Positions 61,905 to 64,000 of a stretch of 64,000 nucleotides of DNA are shown one piece after another (the stretch's first letter is position 1; each line of letters opens with the position of its first letter). This stretch comes from an uncultured Gemmatimonadales bacterium (lineage in GTDB: Bacteria; Gemmatimonadota; Gemmatimonadetes; Gemmatimonadales; GWC2-71-9): the NCBI GenBank assembly GCA_963828735.1, contig CAWHFW010000005.1:1792001-1856000 (forward strand), given 5' to 3'. The notes beneath the pieces were generated by a model. It did not search any database. It was not told the DNA's origin and saw only the letters and a program-made list of their open reading frames with translations. A program made the position numbers and the translations under genes.

Positions 61905-61922
61905 GAGATACAGCTAGCGCTG

Positions 61923-64000
61923 CTATATGTGCTTTGAACCTCCCGACGAGGCCCGGGCGAGCGCATCGCGTACGGTCGCGACCAGGACGTCGAGGTCGGT
62001 GGGCTTCGTGAGGATCGGATGCCCCATATCAGTCTGGGCGGTCTCGAACGTGGAGTCGCTCGGGTGTCCCGACATCCACACCAGCGGCAGGTCGGGATGC
62101 GTCGCGGCAAGCCGCGCGGCGAGCTCCTTCCCACCCATGACCGGCATGACGATGTCCGTCAGCACCAATGCCACTCGATCTCCGTGCTGCTCGAGCAACG
62201 CCAGCGCCTCCTTGCCATGCCCCGCCTGGAGCGTCTCGTATCCTTCGTCGGCCAGGATGCGGGCCAGGAGCTCGCGCACGGAGACTTCGTCCTCCACGAT
62301 CAGCACCGTCGGTGACGGGGAGGCGGCCCCGGCGCCGGCCCTCGTGGAAGCGCTTGCCCCCGCGGGCGCCGTCGCCGCGGGGAGCAGCACCGTGAAGCAG
62401 CTCCCGCGCCCCGTCGCCGTCTCGGCGTAGACGTAGCCCTGGCTCTGTGCGACGATGCCGTGCACCGTCGAGAGGCCGAGTCCGGTGCCCTTGCCGACCT
62501 CCTTGGTCGTGAAGAACGGCTCGAAGATGTGCGCCAGATGGTCGGGCGCGATGCCGCTCCCGGTGTCCGCCACGGCGAGCTCCACGTACCGGCCCGCCGG
62601 GATGGTCGTCCCCAGATTCGGCACTTGCATCGCCTGGGCGACGTCGCGGGTCTCGGTGCGAATCTCCAGCCGCCCGCCCTCGGGCATCGCGTCCCTCGCG
62701 TTGATGCACAGGTTCATCAGCACCTGCTGGATCTGGGTGCGATCGGCGTGCACCCACTTGGCGCCGGGGCCGCGGTCTATCCGGAACTCGACCTGGCTCC
62801 CGATCAGCCGGCGCAGCAGCTCCAGGCCTTCGCCCACGGCTTCGTCCATGTCGAGGAGCTCCGGCTGCAGGATCTGCTGCCGACTGAACGCGAGGAGCTG
62901 GCGTGTCAGGTCGGCGAGCCGGGTCGCCGCCGTCTGCACCTGATCGAGGTCCTGGCGCGCTCGCGGGCCGATCCCGGGATCCAGGGATGCATAGCGCGCG
63001 AAGCCCGTCAGCGCCTGGAGCTGGTTGTTGAAGTCGTGCGCCAGCCCGCCCGCCAGCCGCCCCACCGCTTCCATCTTGGCGGATTGTCGGAGTCGCTCCT
63101 GGGTCTCCGCCATCGCAGCCCGGGCGGATACCTGCGCCGAGATGTCGCGGAACCAGCAGACGACGCCGTAGCGGCCGTCGGGCAGCGGAATCCGGTTGAT
63201 CCACCACTCGTAGTACTCCGTGACGTCGGTATCCAGCCGCTGCTCGATGCGCTCGGGAGTCGCGTACGGCGCGCCGGTCTCGAGGGTGTGGCGGAACAGG
63301 CGGACGACCTCGTCCGCATACGGCGCGCGCCACAAGCGGTGCATCACCTCGTCGAAATCGCGCCCGATGAGGTCGGGGATGCCGCCGAAGGCCGGGCGCG
63401 CGGGCCGATTGACTTCGCGGATTCGGAACGCGTCGTCCACCAGGTACACGCCCAGCGGCGCCTCGGCCACGAGCGTCTCGAACTGGGCCGTGCGCTGGCG
63501 GAGCGCCTCCTCGCTCCCGCGGAGCGACGCGGCGGCGTCCCGGCGGACGCGGGCCAGCTCGAGCGCCGCCCCGACCCGCGCCACCAGCTCGCGCGCGGAG
63601 AACGGCTTCACGATGTAGTCGTCCGCGCCGGCCTCGAGTCCCTCGACGCGCGCCTCCTCGCCGGCACGCGCGGAGAGCAGGATCACGGGCGTTTCCCGCG
63701 TCGCCGGATCCGCGCGCACGGCGCGCAGGAGGCCGAAGCCGTCGAGCCCAGGCATCATCACGTCGGCCAGCACCAGGTCCGGCGTCGTTTCCCGGATCCG
63801 CTCGAGTGCCGCCGCCCCGTCGGGCACCAGCTCGACGCTCCAGCGTCCGCCGAGCAGCCGGGCCGCGTACGCGCGCATGTCGGCGTTGTCATCGGCCACG
63901 AGCACGCGGGCGCTGGGCGTTCCGGAGGGGGTGTCGCGCCGATCCGCGGCCACCACACGGTGCTCGGCCGTGGCGAGCGGAAGCTGGGCCTCTTCGGAGA
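61923..64000 (-). CDS. Hybrid sensor kinase (REC-PAS-HisKA-HATPase-REC); 5' end probably beyond the window
   Basis: [42 protein letters not shown]-terminal TDIVMP. Confidence 0.93.
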   Translation of the reverse strand, partial: SEEAQLPLATAEHRVVAADRRDTPSGTPSARVLVADDNADMRAYAARLLGGRWSVELVPDGAAALERIRETTPDLVLADVMMPGLDGFGLLRAVRADPATRETPVILLSARAGEEARVEGLEAGADDYIVKPFSARELVARVGAALELARVRRDAAASLRGSEEALRQRTAQFETLVAEAPLGVYLVDDAFRIREVNRPARPAFGGIPDLIGRDFDEVMHRLWRAPYADEVVRLFRHTLETGAPYATPERIEQRLDTDVTEYYEWWINRIPLPDGRYGVVCWFRDISAQVSARAAMAETQERLRQSAKMEAVGRLAGGLAHDFNNQLQALTGFARYASLDPGIGPRARQDLDQVQTAATRLADLTRQLLAFSRQQILQPELLDMDEAVGEGLELLRRLIGSQVEFRIDRGPGAKWVHADRTQIQQVLMNLCINARDAMPEGGRLEIRTETRDVAQAMQVPNLGTTIPAGRYVELAVADTGSGIAPDHLAHIFEPFFTTKEVGKGTGLGLSTVHGIVAQSQGYVYAETATGRGSCFTVLLPAATAPAGASASTRAGAGAASPSPTVLIVEDEVSVRELLARILADEGYETLQAGHGKEALALLEQHGDRVALVLTDIVMPVMGGKELAARLAATHPDLPLVWMSGHPSDSTFETAQTDMGHPILTKPTDLDVLVATVRDALARASSGGSKHI

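Overview
Very GC-rich (roughly 70% by eye) bacterial chromosome segment. The gene repertoire (expanded Hanks kinases with TolB-like/TPR tails, ECF sigma/anti-sigma pairs, TPR-CHAT protein, many DinB/amidohydrolase genes) suggests Gemmatimonadota; this is inference. About 60 CDSs. I found no rRNA, tRNA, CRISPR array, integrase or transposase. Blocks: (1) 1-7256, two ECF modules: a cupredoxin fusion sharing back-to-back identical ECF promoters with its sigma/anti-sigma, and an ECF/zinc anti-sigma converging on a membrane-anchored TPR-CHAT protease plus a lipoprotein; (2) APC permease-histidine kinase-response regulator operon with an 11-bp-periodic upstream box; (3) 12628-19542, a co-directional run of kinase-TPR, STAS fusion (frameshifted), ABC transporter without binding protein, kinase, metallothionein-like protein and SUKH-like protein; (4) 19.8-41.4 kb, accessory hydrolases, methyltransferases and regulators, several with visible operators; (5) 41.4-55 kb, pentose-phosphate/phosphoketolase cluster next to a CHAD-CYTH fusion; (6) miscellaneous genes and a partial hybrid kinase. 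Two frameshifts and one truncated gene are visible and may be assembly errors. Best candidates for an undescribed system are the TPR-CHAT/anti-sigma/ECF module and the STAS-ABC-kinase operon. All family calls are from motif recognition, not database searches.
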